Positions 1-9,008 of a stretch of DNA of 38,610 bases are shown one piece after another. Made by a program: the position numbers and the translations under genes. The stretch is from Olsenella sp. (GTDB taxonomy: Bacteria; Actinomycetota; Coriobacteriia; Coriobacteriales; Atopobiaceae): the NCBI GenBank assembly GCA_017941585.1, contig JAGAWD010000174.1:1-38610 (forward strand). The letters are read 5' to 3'. How positions within the stretch are numbered: position 1 is the first letter of the stretch; each line of letters opens with the position of its first letter. Under the pieces are notes generated by a model. The model searched no databases and was not told the origin of the DNA. It saw only the letters and a list, made by a program, of their open reading frames with translations.

Positions 1-458
1 CTCGCCTTCGCGAAGTCGGCGAGTCCCACGGACTCGAGGTTGCGCATGGCCTCCGCCTCTGCCTCGGCCCTACTCGCCTTCTTGAGCGTGACGGGGGCCA
101 GCGTGCAGTTGTCGAGCACGTTCATGTTGTTGAAGAGGTTGAACCCCTGGAACACCATGCCAATCTTCTCGCGCAGGCGGTTCACGTTCACGTGCTGCGC
201 GGCCAGGTCCTCCCCGCAGAACCACACATGACCCGCATCGGGAGTCTCAAGCAGGTTGATGCAGCGCAAAAGCGTCGACTTGCCCGAGCCGGACGCCCCG
301 ATGATGGTGACGACCTCGCCGGGCATGATCTCGAAGTCGATGTCCCTCAGGACCTCGTGCGAGCCAAAGCTCTTGCGCAGGCCCTCGATTTTGATGACGG
401 GTTCGTCGGCATTGCCCGCCACGCTCGCGCTGTCTGCCACGTTGATGTTGTCTGCCAT
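1..458 (-). CDS. Polar amino-acid ABC transporter ATP-binding protein (GlnQ-like), 3' end runs off the window
   Basis: Translated by hand from ATG at 458: MADNINV...VIKIEGLRKSFGSHEVLRDIDFEI..GEVVTIIGASGSGKSTLLRCINLLETPD..KIGMVFQGFNLFNNMNVLDNCTLAP. Contains Walker A and Q-loop; starts 7 nt after the permease stop. Confidence 0.93.
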   Translation of the reverse strand, partial: MADNINVADSASVAGNADEPVIKIEGLRKSFGSHEVLRDIDFEIMPGEVVTIIGASGSGKSTLLRCINLLETPDAGHVWFCGEDLAAQHVNVNRLREKIGMVFQGFNLFNNMNVLDNCTLAPVTLKKASRAEAEAEAMRNLESVGLADFAKA

Positions 459-465
459 GGCGCAC

Positions 466-1731
466 CTACCGTTCCTGCCTGCGGTTGGCATTGGTCTTGA
501 CCTTGGACGGGTCGGCCTTGCCCACGACGCCTGTGGTCATCGTCGCGTCAGACGTGGAGAGGACAGGGCCCGCAACCGGCGCATCGAGGCGCTTCGCGAA
601 CATCGAGAGCAGCTTCGAGGCGACCATCGTGAGTATGAGGTAGCAGACGGTCGCGATGACGTAGACCTCGAGCTGGCGATAGTAGATGCCGGCGACAGTC
701 GTGGTCGCGAACATGAGGTCGAAGACGCCGATGACCGAGAGGACCGACGAGTCCTTGATGTTGACGACGAGCTCGTTGGAGAGGGCGGGCACGGCGTTCT
801 TGATGCCCTGGGGAAAGACGACCTTGGTCATGGCCTGCCACTGCGAGAGGCCGAGCGAGCGGGCCGCCTCGGTCTGGCCGGGGTCGACCGCCTCGATGCC
901 GCCGCGCAGAACCTCCATCATGTAGGCCGTGGAGTTGAGCGAGATGGTCACGAGGCCGGCGAGAAACGTCGTCCAGATGCCCGTGATCTCGCTCGTGGAC
1001 ATGCCGGTCCCGCGAAGCACCGCAAATCCGGCAAAGTAGATAAGCAGGGACTGCACCATCATCGGCGTGCCACGGACCACGGCGGAGTACACCTTGGCAA
1101 AGCCGCAGCCCACGACCTTGAGGAATCGGACGAAGTCGTTGTCCGGCCGGTCAATCTGCTGCAGGCGCAGGAACACGAGCAGGAGCGCGAGAAAGAAGGC
1201 GATCACCGTGCCGAAGACGGCAAGCTCGACCGTCGTCACGACGCCTCTGGCGAAGATCTCGCGTCCCTCGTAGAGCATGTAGACCATGCCGGGAAGGAAT
1301 CCCTGCGGGTTGGTCTCGGACGAGAGCGCCGCCGAGACGACGGCCGCAAGCCCCATCACGACACGGTCCACGAAGAGCACGGCCGTGATGGCCACGACCA
1401 CGTAGGAGGCGATTCTCTCCACCCTCTTGGCCGCAGGCTTGGCAAAGGGAGATGCCTCGGCGTAGTCCCTCCACCTGACGAGCTTGTTCACGAGCGCCAC
1501 GGCCGAGACCACGAGCCAGGCGGCCAGCACGTAGTACATGACAACCTCGAGGACGTATACGCCCGCAAGGAAGCTCATCTCGGAGCGGGGCTGCATGGAG
1601 AGCCACATCCCGATGGCCGCAATGACGCTCGTGCCGAGAAAGACGTAGCGGTGATCCGAGGTCACGAACCTCACGAGACCGTTCTGCTTTGTGCGAGGGG
1701 ACCTCGTACCGTCCCCCTGAGCGATGCCCAT
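466..1731 (-). CDS. Amino-acid ABC transporter permease (HisM/GlnP-like) with extra N-terminal TM region
   Basis: C-terminal half has VVRGTPMMVQ, TISLNSTAYMMEVLRGGIEAVDPGQTEAARSLGLS (EAA motif) and NIKDSS. Start placed at the second ATG (1731), 6 nt after AAGGAGG. Confidence 0.92.
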   Translation of the reverse strand: MGIAQGDGTRSPRTKQNGLVRFVTSDHRYVFLGTSVIAAIGMWLSMQPRSEMSFLAGVYVLEVVMYYVLAAWLVVSAVALVNKLVRWRDYAEASPFAKPAAKRVERIASYVVVAITAVLFVDRVVMGLAAVVSAALSSETNPQGFLPGMVYMLYEGREIFARGVVTTVELAVFGTVIAFFLALLLVFLRLQQIDRPDNDFVRFLKVVGCGFAKVYSAVVRGTPMMVQSLLIYFAGFAVLRGTGMSTSEITGIWTTFLAGLVTISLNSTAYMMEVLRGGIEAVDPGQTEAARSLGLSQWQAMTKVVFPQGIKNAVPALSNELVVNIKDSSVLSVIGVFDLMFATTTVAGIYYRQLEVYVIATVCYLILTMVASKLLSMFAKRLDAPVAGPVLSTSDATMTTGVVGKADPSKVKTNANRRQER

Positions 1732-1791
1732 GCGCATCCTCCTTGCGTCTTAATCCGAAATCGTCTCGCCGGCAGCGCGACAAAATCGGGG

Positions 1792-1833
1792 GCGTGCCCC
1801 CAGCGCGATACCATAGCGCAATCGGGGGCACGC
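1792..1833 (-). terminator. Intercistronic stem-loop between binding-protein and permease genes
   Basis: 10-bp inverted repeat GCGTGCCCCC(1792-1801)/GGGGGCACGC(1824-1833). No strong U-tract, so a stabiliser or attenuator role is as likely as termination. Confidence 0.4.
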
Positions 1834-1885
1834 ATTCACTCGTTATAGGCGAGCGTTGCCTACGTTGACCAGAGCCGAGCGTGGC

Positions 1886-2845
1886 CTACGCGGGCTGGCG
1901 CTCGACGGCGGCGTCGAACATCTTGGTTCGCTCCTCCTCGGGAACGGTGGCGATGGCCTCGTTGATCTTCTTGAGGACCGCGTCCTGCCCCTTGGCGATT
2001 CCCGCGTTGACGGGGATGGTCTGCGAGAAGCCCTTGCCCTCCGGGAACTGGATGGCAACGAGGTCCGGGTTCGAGCGCAGGAAGCCGTTGGTGTTCTCGG
2101 TGTTGTAGGTGATGGCGTCGCAGGTGCCCTGGGCGAGCTGGGAGAGCTGCGAGGGCACGGAGTCGACGGGCGTGAGGTGCTTGACGTCGGGAATCTCGTC
2201 GATGACCGTGTCGAGCAGGGTGTCCTTCTGGCCGAGGACGGCGGCGCCCGTGAAGTCGGCGAGCGAGGTCGCGCCGACGTAGGGCGAGTTGCTCTTCACG
2301 AGCAGGCCGAAGCGCCCGACGAAGTAGGGATCGGAGAAGTCGATGGCCTGCCTGCGCTCGTCCGTCGCGGTCATGCCGGCGAGGATGATGTCGATCTGGC
2401 CGTTGTTGAGCGAGTCGATCAGGCCGGAGAAGCTCATCTTCACGGCAACGGGCTCCATGCCGAGCGCAGACGCGATGACCTTGGCGAACTGGACGTCGTA
2501 GCCGTCAGCGTACTGGCCGCTGACGTTCTGGATGGGAATCGTGTAGTCGCTCGCCGCAGAGACCTGCCAGTTGTAGGGGGCGTAGGCCGCCTCCATGCCA
2601 ACACGCAGGGTCTTGCCGTCCCCAAGCGTGCCGGAGCTGGCATTCGGGCCGGAACTCGATCCGGTCGAGGTGGAAGACGTGCCCTGGGCAGCGGGGCCGC
2701 AGGCACCCAGGAGCGAGGCACCGACGATGCCGAGCGCGCCTGCGCCGGAAAGCTTGACGAAGGATCGACGAGAGACGCCGGCAGGCGTCTTCTCCTTGGC
2801 AAGGCTATCGAACGATTCGTTGTGCATGCGTCCTGACTCGGTCAT
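1886..2845 (-). CDS. Amino-acid ABC transporter substrate-binding lipoprotein (SBP family 3), Tat-type signal
   Basis: TLRVGMEAAYAPYNW, DGYDV, GMTATDERRQAIDFSDPY motifs. SRRSFVK twin-arginine motif and LGAC lipobox (Cys49). RBS AAAGAGGG before ATG 2845. Confidence 0.92.
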   Translation of the reverse strand: MTESGRMHNESFDSLAKEKTPAGVSRRSFVKLSGAGALGIVGASLLGACGPAAQGTSSTSTGSSSGPNASSGTLGDGKTLRVGMEAAYAPYNWQVSAASDYTIPIQNVSGQYADGYDVQFAKVIASALGMEPVAVKMSFSGLIDSLNNGQIDIILAGMTATDERRQAIDFSDPYFVGRFGLLVKSNSPYVGATSLADFTGAAVLGQKDTLLDTVIDEIPDVKHLTPVDSVPSQLSQLAQGTCDAITYNTENTNGFLRSNPDLVAIQFPEGKGFSQTIPVNAGIAKGQDAVLKKINEAIATVPEEERTKMFDAAVERQPA

Positions 2846-3086
2846 GGCTTCCCTCTTTCTTCCGAATGCTGCCAGATGTCCCCTTTCGGAGCGCGACCAG
2901 AGGGGACCCATTCCCCTCTCCCTTGCAACCCAATGCGAGAAAGTCGCGCGTATGGTATCAAGGTAGAACATACCCACCCGCCCGACGGCCGTCGCGCGCG
3001 GCCTGGTAACACGAGCGCAACCACCCGAGGCGCACAAAGCTGGGCTGCGCCTTAAGACGTGCGACCCTGCGCGGGCGGGCCGGCCC

Positions 3087-5624
3087 CTACGCGCGGGCGG
3101 GCCAGTCGCCGCTCACGCGCGGCGGCTCCGAGGTCGACCAAGACCCGAGCTTCGCGTTCGGGTTCGCGTCGAGCGAGAGGCTTTCAAAGACGCCGGCCCG
3201 GAAGTTGCGCAGCGCCGCGACGGCGATCATCGCGCCGTTGTCGCCGCAGACGACCATCGGGGGAACCGTCACACGCACCCCCATCTTGGAGAAGCGCTCG
3301 CGATAGGCCTCCCTCAAGGCCGGGTTGGCCGCCACGCCCCCGCCGACGCAGAAGTCGGAGACCCCGGTCTGCTCCACGGCCCAGGCGGCCTTGGCCACCT
3401 GGACGTCGACGACCGCCGCCTCGAACGAGGCGGCAAGGTCGGGCAGGTTGATGGGGCGCCCCGCCTTGTTCTCGCCCTCGATGTAGGTGATGACGGCCGT
3501 CTTGAGACCGGAGAGCGAGAAGCGGAAGTCGTGGCTGTGCATCATGGCGCGGGGGAAGTGGATTGCCCTCCTGTTGCCGCGCGCGGATAGCTTGGAGATG
3601 ATCGGGCCGCCCGGATAGCCGAGGCCCAGGGCCTTGGCCACCTTGTCGAACGCCTCGCCCACGGCGTCGTCGATTGTCGTCCCGAGAACCTCGTAGTCGC
3701 CCCAGTCACGCACGTGAACGAGCATGGTGTTGCCTCCGGAGACGAGGCTCGCGACGAACGGCGGCTCGAGGTCGGGCGTCTCGAAGAGGTTGGCGAGCAG
3801 GTGTCCCTCGAGGTGGTTGACGGCCACGAGCGGAAGGCCCGTAGCGGCACAGACGCCCTTGGCGAAGGCAACGCCCACCACGAGCGCGCCCACGAGTCCC
3901 GGTCCCGCAGTCACGCCAACGGCCGAGAGGTCCGAGGGAGCGAGCGTGTCGCAGCCGAAGTGCGCGCCCGCCTGGGCCAGCACCTCCTCGAAGACACCAA
4001 CGATCGCCTCGACGTGCTTGCGCGAGGCAATCTCGGGGACGACGCCGCCGAAGCGGGCATGGAAGTCGATGGACGTGGCGACGACGTTGGCGCACACCTC
4101 GCCGTGCGAGTCGATGACCGCCATGGCGGTCTCGTCGCACGACGACTCGATGGCAAGCACGAGGTCGCCCGCGTCGGCAAGCGCCTGGCGGCACGCATCG
4201 TCGCGCTGGCCCGCCTCGATGGGCCACGGGCGAACCGACGCGGACGGCTCCACGAGATCGCCCTGAAGCCGCGACGCGTCGAGGGGTAGGTCCGCCGAGA
4301 GTATGAGCGCATCCGCACCCTGACCATAGTAGTTGGGACGCCGGCCCGTCTGCCTGAGGCCTAGTTCCTCGTAGAGCGCACGGCCAGCGGTGTTTTTCTC
4401 CTCAACCTCGAGCGAGGCCGTCTTGGCGCCGAGCATCTGGGCGTCGTAGGCGACGCGGGCGAAGAGTCGCGAGGCCAGCCCCTCGCGGCGGCGTGCGGGC
4501 GCCACGACGACGTCTACCACCTCGAAGTCGTCGCCCGCGAGCATGCCGCCGGCAAAGCCCACGACCTCGCCGCGGTCGTGGGCGATCCACCACGAGCGAC
4601 CGGGCTGCTCAAGGTCGTCCGCAAACAACTGGCGAGACCAGGGCGTGTGGGCGGCGTCGGCGTAGACCGCGGCCTCGAGCTCCGCCACGGCGTCGAGGTC
4701 GTTGACCGTCATCGGCCTCAGCTGGGAGTGGATGCCCGCGAGCAGGTCGTCCACGCCCGTGGTCTGGACGCTCGCCGGCTCGCGCATGCCGAGGCGCTTG
4801 CGCTCGGTCTCCTCCGCGTCGGAAAGGCGCGTGTAGATCGGCAGGACGAGCGCGGGATCGCCGTTGCCGAGGGCGCCGGTCGGGGCGGGAGTCACACCGG
4901 ACGCCGAGGCGGGCGACACGGTAGCCCCAGAGGCCGCGTCGGGCACCGCGGCAGCGAGGAGCGACACTGCGGCATGAAGCAGCCCGTCGCCCGTGGGGTG
5001 CCAGAGCGCCTCGTCCGCATAGCGAGAGAAGCCCGCCTCCTCGAACTTCGAGCGATACTTGGCAAGACCGTCGCCGCACAGGATAAGCTCGTCGCGGTCG
5101 TCGCGAGCCGCGAACTCGCCCACGCACACGTCGGCCTTGGCAACCCGCTCCGTGTCGAACAGACGATGCGCGCCAGTGTCGTCGAGCTCGTATGTGCCCG
5201 GATAGACCTCTCCGCGCATGGCGTCACCGGCAACGGCGAGACGACCGCGAACGCCCGCAAGCCACACGGTCCACGCAACGCCATCGAGCGTGGAAACTCC
5301 GAGGAGCGGCTTGCCGAGACCGCAGGAGATGCCCTTGGCAGTCGCAATGCCAATGCGCACGCCCGTAAACGAACCAGGTCCGCGCCCAACGAGCACGGCG
5401 TCCACCTCTCCCATGGAGAGGCCGGCCTCCTCCAGGCAGGCAAGCGCCGTGTTCGTCAGCTCCTCGTTTGCGTGACGACGACAAAGGTGGTCACCCGCCG
5501 CAAGCAGGCGCGCCTCGCCCTTCCCCACATTCCAAGAGCCGACAGCGCAGGCAAGCATGTCTGTTGAGGTGTCGACCGCAAGAATGATTGACTCGCCGGA
5601 GGCGAGCGCGTTCTCAAGGCTCAT
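3087..5624 (-). CDS. tsaD: TsaB-RimI-TsaD triple fusion (t6A biosynthesis subunits TsaB and TsaD plus RimI-type GNAT acetyltransferase)
   Basis: N-terminal ILAVDTST...GPGSFTGVRIG...PIYTRLSDAE (TsaB). Middle LRPMT..VAPARRREGLA..LEV..LYEELG..GRRPNYY (RimI). C-terminal LAIESSCDET, GGVVPEIASRKH, HLEGH, DDAVGEAFDK, GGVAAN, DNGAMIA (TsaD). One uninterrupted 845-aa frame. Confidence 0.95.
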   Translation of the reverse strand: MSLENALASGESIILAVDTSTDMLACAVGSWNVGKGEARLLAAGDHLCRRHANEELTNTALACLEEAGLSMGEVDAVLVGRGPGSFTGVRIGIATAKGISCGLGKPLLGVSTLDGVAWTVWLAGVRGRLAVAGDAMRGEVYPGTYELDDTGAHRLFDTERVAKADVCVGEFAARDDRDELILCGDGLAKYRSKFEEAGFSRYADEALWHPTGDGLLHAAVSLLAAAVPDAASGATVSPASASGVTPAPTGALGNGDPALVLPIYTRLSDAEETERKRLGMREPASVQTTGVDDLLAGIHSQLRPMTVNDLDAVAELEAAVYADAAHTPWSRQLFADDLEQPGRSWWIAHDRGEVVGFAGGMLAGDDFEVVDVVVAPARRREGLASRLFARVAYDAQMLGAKTASLEVEEKNTAGRALYEELGLRQTGRRPNYYGQGADALILSADLPLDASRLQGDLVEPSASVRPWPIEAGQRDDACRQALADAGDLVLAIESSCDETAMAVIDSHGEVCANVVATSIDFHARFGGVVPEIASRKHVEAIVGVFEEVLAQAGAHFGCDTLAPSDLSAVGVTAGPGLVGALVVGVAFAKGVCAATGLPLVAVNHLEGHLLANLFETPDLEPPFVASLVSGGNTMLVHVRDWGDYEVLGTTIDDAVGEAFDKVAKALGLGYPGGPIISKLSARGNRRAIHFPRAMMHSHDFRFSLSGLKTAVITYIEGENKAGRPINLPDLAASFEAAVVDVQVAKAAWAVEQTGVSDFCVGGGVAANPALREAYRERFSKMGVRVTVPPMVVCGDNGAMIAVAALRNFRAGVFESLSLDANPNAKLGSWSTSEPPRVSGDWPARA

Positions 5625-5774
5625 GCTATTCCCATCCTCGAATCAAATTGACGCTCAGATAGTTTACACGCGCGCGACACCCGACGCGCACCGCGTTTGC
5701 AAACCAGACTGATGGCGCGCGACGTGCCGGGCGCGCCCGCAGCGCATTGCGAGCGGGCGCGAGAGGCGGCCGCC

Positions 5775-6431
5775 CTACGCGACCCTAGCGAAGAGCAGCG
5801 TCCGCCCGTTCATCTGCTGCCAGACGACGAGACGGTCCTTGTCGTTCACGTCCATCTGCACGCGGTTGGCGGGGTCGTCACCAAAGTCGCCCGACGCCAA
5901 CTGTGGGAGATTGGCATCCTGCTCCCAGCTGATGGGATGCCGGTCATCGGCGGGTGCGTAGGTTCCGCCCCTCTCGGTAATGGTCAGCGTGGTGGCGGGC
6001 AGCTGCTCCGCGGTCCAGAGCGTACCGTCTGCGTCGTACGCGCCCAGAAGCCTCCACTCGCCAATGGCGTCAGCCGAGAAGACCTTGTCGTTAGGGGCAG
6101 GGTAGCCGTCCACGGAGAAGAGCACGCTGTTCCTGAAGTCGCTCAGGTCATACGTGCCGTCGTCTGCCGGGGCGGCGGTGGCGGAGCCCCCGTTTGCCGG
6201 AGCGGCCTTGTCGGAGACAGACGAGTCGGTCGTGCCAGAGGACGAGCCGCCGTTGGCCCCCGAGGCATCGCCGGAGCCGGAGGTTCCCTGCGACTTGTCG
6301 CTTTGCGTGGTGACGGTCTGCTGCGACCGGGTACCGCCCTCCTGGGTCTTCCCCGCGCACCCCACCAGAGAGGCGGAGGCGCACAGCACCGCAGACACGA
6401 AGAGGGTGATGGCGAGATTCCTTGCTTTCAT
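5775..6431 (-). CDS. Hypothetical lipoprotein with Ser/Gly/Thr-rich linker and small C-terminal beta-rich domain
   Basis: MKARNLAITLFVSAVLCASASLVGC signal with lipobox (Cys25), then a low-complexity linker. C-terminal domain contains IGEWRLLG. GGAGG lies upstream of ATG 6431. Confidence 0.8.
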   Translation of the reverse strand: MKARNLAITLFVSAVLCASASLVGCAGKTQEGGTRSQQTVTTQSDKSQGTSGSGDASGANGGSSSGTTDSSVSDKAAPANGGSATAAPADDGTYDLSDFRNSVLFSVDGYPAPNDKVFSADAIGEWRLLGAYDADGTLWTAEQLPATTLTITERGGTYAPADDRHPISWEQDANLPQLASGDFGDDPANRVQMDVNDKDRLVVWQQMNGRTLLFARVA

Positions 6432-6616
6432 GAGAGTATCTACCTCCATCGTTTGTGGGGCGGGCACCCGAGCTTGACCGAGCGGGAACCCGATCCTGGC
6501 GGGACGGATTCGCCGGTCGTACGTTCTGAGTCTTATACCCCGGGCCGGCCATCCGCGAACGAAGCCCGCGCCAGCCTCACTCACATTCTAGGCTGCCGTC
6601 CCGCCCGCGACCACAC

Positions 6617-7138
6617 CTAGGCTGAGGCCTCGAGCGCATCCACGAGTCGCTCGCCTCGCTCGCCATGAGCGACGAGACGAATCGCGCGCGGCGGCTCCTC
6701 CCCCGGGGCGGCCTCGTCGTCGAGACGGGAGACGAACACGTCTACGCGCTCGTCGCCGATCTCGTCGGCAAACTGCTCGCCCCACTCGATGACGCACGCG
6801 CCATCTGCGTCGAGCACGTCGAAGAGGCCCGTGTCCTCGAGCTGGCTCGCGTCATCGAGCCGATAGAGATCGAAGTGGTAGAGGGGCATGCGCTCCCCCT
6901 CGTAGACCATCTGGATGGTGAAGGTGGGGCTACAGACGTCGTCGGCAATGCCCATTCCCTGCGCGATGCCCTTGGTAAGCTGGGTCTTACCCGCACCGAG
7001 GTCTCCCGTGAGGACGAGGACGTCGCCTTCGGAGAGCACGCCGCCGAGCACGCGTCCCAAAGCGATCGTCTCCTCGGTCGACGACGAGAGGTACGTCCCC
7101 CGACCGGTGTGCCTTGCCGCGCCGCCCGTTGCACTCAT
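6617..7138 (-). CDS. tsaE: tRNA threonylcarbamoyladenosine biosynthesis ATPase TsaE
   Basis: LTGDLGAGKTQLTKG Walker A, SPTFT, YHFDLYRL and IEW motifs. Start ATG overlaps the udg stop (ATGA). Confidence 0.95.
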   Translation of the reverse strand: MSATGGAARHTGRGTYLSSSTEETIALGRVLGGVLSEGDVLVLTGDLGAGKTQLTKGIAQGMGIADDVCSPTFTIQMVYEGERMPLYHFDLYRLDDASQLEDTGLFDVLDADGACVIEWGEQFADEIGDERVDVFVSRLDDEAAPGEEPPRAIRLVAHGERGERLVDALEASA

Positions 7139-7809
7139 GACTCGTCTCCCTTCTCCCGACGCTCGCCGCCCCGCACGGGAGGCATGCCACTCTCCCCCGC
7201 AAACCCGACGTCCGGGTTCTCCCTGAGCCACGCGCCGAGCATGCGCAGATCCTCTACCAGCAGCGGCTCCCATTCCTGATGGTAGATGGTCGCCGCGGGA
7301 TGAAACGTCGGGATGACCTTGAAGTGGCCCGTCTCGTGGATGGTGCCGCGCAGCTGCGTCACGCCCTTGTCGGTGCGCAGCACGAACTTTGCCGCGAAGT
7401 TGCCCAGGCACACGATGACGTCGGGCCAGACGCTCCTGATCTGCTCGCGAAGAAACGGCGAGCAGGCCTCGATCTCGCTGGGCTGGGGGTTGCGGTTCGA
7501 GGGCGGGCGGCACTTGATGACATTGGCGATGTAGACGTCCTCGCGCGTAAGACCGGCCTCGCCCAGAAGAGCGTCGAGCTTGTGGCCGGCAGCGCCCACG
7601 AACGGCTCGCCCTGGAGGTCCTCGTTTCGCCCCGGCCCCTCGCCGATGAACATCACGCGGGCATGCGGGTTTCCGCAGCCGAAGACGAGGTTAGTCCGCG
7701 TCTGGCCCAAGGGGCACAGCTGGCAGTTGCCCATGACCGCGCGAATCTCCTCTAGGGTGACCTCGCGCGGGCGCTGGTGGTCGTGGCCGGGAATGTGCAT
7801 GACGCCCAT
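7135..7809 (-). CDS. udg: Uracil-DNA glycosylase family 4 (Fe-S)
   Basis: CQLC, GEGPGRNED, PFVGAAG, NVIKCRPP.NRNP, C and HPAA motifs. Confidence 0.93.
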   Translation of the reverse strand: MGVMHIPGHDHQRPREVTLEEIRAVMGNCQLCPLGQTRTNLVFGCGNPHARVMFIGEGPGRNEDLQGEPFVGAAGHKLDALLGEAGLTREDVYIANVIKCRPPSNRNPQPSEIEACSPFLREQIRSVWPDVIVCLGNFAAKFVLRTDKGVTQLRGTIHETGHFKVIPTFHPAATIYHQEWEPLLVEDLRMLGAWLRENPDVGFAGESGMPPVRGGERREKGDES

Positions 7810-7828
7810 GAGTCCCCCTTAGTCAGCC

Positions 7829-8989
7829 CTAGACGAAGACCCTGTCAAGGCGCTGCGAGAAGTTGCAGACGACCTCGTAGTTGATCGTGTCGCGGCGTGC
7901 GGCCATCTCGTCGGCCGTAATCTCCTCCTCGCCGTCGCGCCCGATGAGGGTCACGACGTCGCCCCGCTCGACCCTGCCGGCGGGACGGTACGCGCGGACG
8001 CTGTTGACGTCGACGGCGAACATGAACTGGTCCATGCAGATGCGGCCCACCTGCCGGGCGCGGGCGCCGTTCACGATGACGTCCATGTTGTTGGAGAGAA
8101 CGCGCGCGAGGCCATCAGCATAGCCGATTGGAACGGTAGCAATCTGGATGTTGGGCTTGGGCACGCGGTAGGTGAGCCCGTAGCCCACGCCCTCTCCCAC
8201 CGCAGGGTTGACCACGCGCGTCACGCGGGCGCGAACGCTCATGGCAGGAGCGAGGGAGATGCGCGGCGCCGTGGTATCCGCCGGCTGGAGGCCGTAGAGG
8301 CCGATGCCCAGGCGACACATGTCGTAGTGGAACTCGGGGTGAAGCACCGTACCGGGCGTGTTGTCGCAGTGAGCGAGACCGCACTCGAAGCCTGCCTGCC
8401 TGAGGGCAACGATCGTGTCCTCAAAGCGACGTGCCTGCTGTTTGAAGTCCCAGTCGCCGATAACGTCGGCCGTAGCGAAGTGGGTGAAGGTCCCCGCACA
8501 CTCGAGCCCACGGTGGAAGTCGATGCTATGGCGAAACTCGATGGCCTCCTCGGGTAGCACGCCGATGCGCGTCATGCCCGTGTCGATAGCCAGGTGGTAC
8601 TTGCCCACCTTGCCCATCGCGACGGCCTGCTCGCCGTAGGCGAAGGCGAAGTCGGTGGTATATATGGAGGGCATGATGTCGTGCTCGAGAAGGGTCGCCA
8701 CGCTCTCGACGGGCGACTCGTTGAGCATGAGGATGGGTTGGGTGACGCCCCCCTCGCGAAGCTCGACGCCCTCGTCCACCGTGGCGACGGCAAACTGGTC
8801 CGCTCCGGCCGAGGCCATGGCCTTCGCGCACTCGACGGCACCGTGGCCGTAGGCATCTGCCTTGACCGCGCACATCATCTTGGTTCCACGGGCAAGAAGC
8901 GACTTGAACGCCCTCGTGTTCTTACGGATGGCGTTCAGGTCTATTTCCACCCACGCCCATCTGTTCTTGGGATACTTGATGGCAGACAT
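7829..8989 (-). CDS. alr: Alanine racemase
   Basis: AVKADAYGHG PLP-lysine motif, DTGMTRIG, THFATAD, GYADG, GRICMDQ and TINYE. Start MSAIK after GAGGGAG. Confidence 0.96.
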   Translation of the reverse strand: MSAIKYPKNRWAWVEIDLNAIRKNTRAFKSLLARGTKMMCAVKADAYGHGAVECAKAMASAGADQFAVATVDEGVELREGGVTQPILMLNESPVESVATLLEHDIMPSIYTTDFAFAYGEQAVAMGKVGKYHLAIDTGMTRIGVLPEEAIEFRHSIDFHRGLECAGTFTHFATADVIGDWDFKQQARRFEDTIVALRQAGFECGLAHCDNTPGTVLHPEFHYDMCRLGIGLYGLQPADTTAPRISLAPAMSVRARVTRVVNPAVGEGVGYGLTYRVPKPNIQIATVPIGYADGLARVLSNNMDVIVNGARARQVGRICMDQFMFAVDVNSVRAYRPAGRVERGDVVTLIGRDGEEEITADEMAARRDTINYEVVCNFSQRLDRVFV

Positions 8990-9008
8990 TGCTCTCCCTC
9001 CAGATGTG

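Noticed and set aside
256-1848. 530-aa plus-strand ORF
   Set aside because: Antisense shadow of the ABC permease/ATPase genes; Arg/His/Gly-rich with no motifs, typical of high-GC DNA.
6455-6525. Resemblance to a ZMP/ZTP riboswitch (CGACCGGCGAA...GCCCGCC)
   Set aside because: Lacks the GGGGAGC and terminal CUGGGC elements needed for the pseudoknot, and the downstream gene is not folate- or purine-related.
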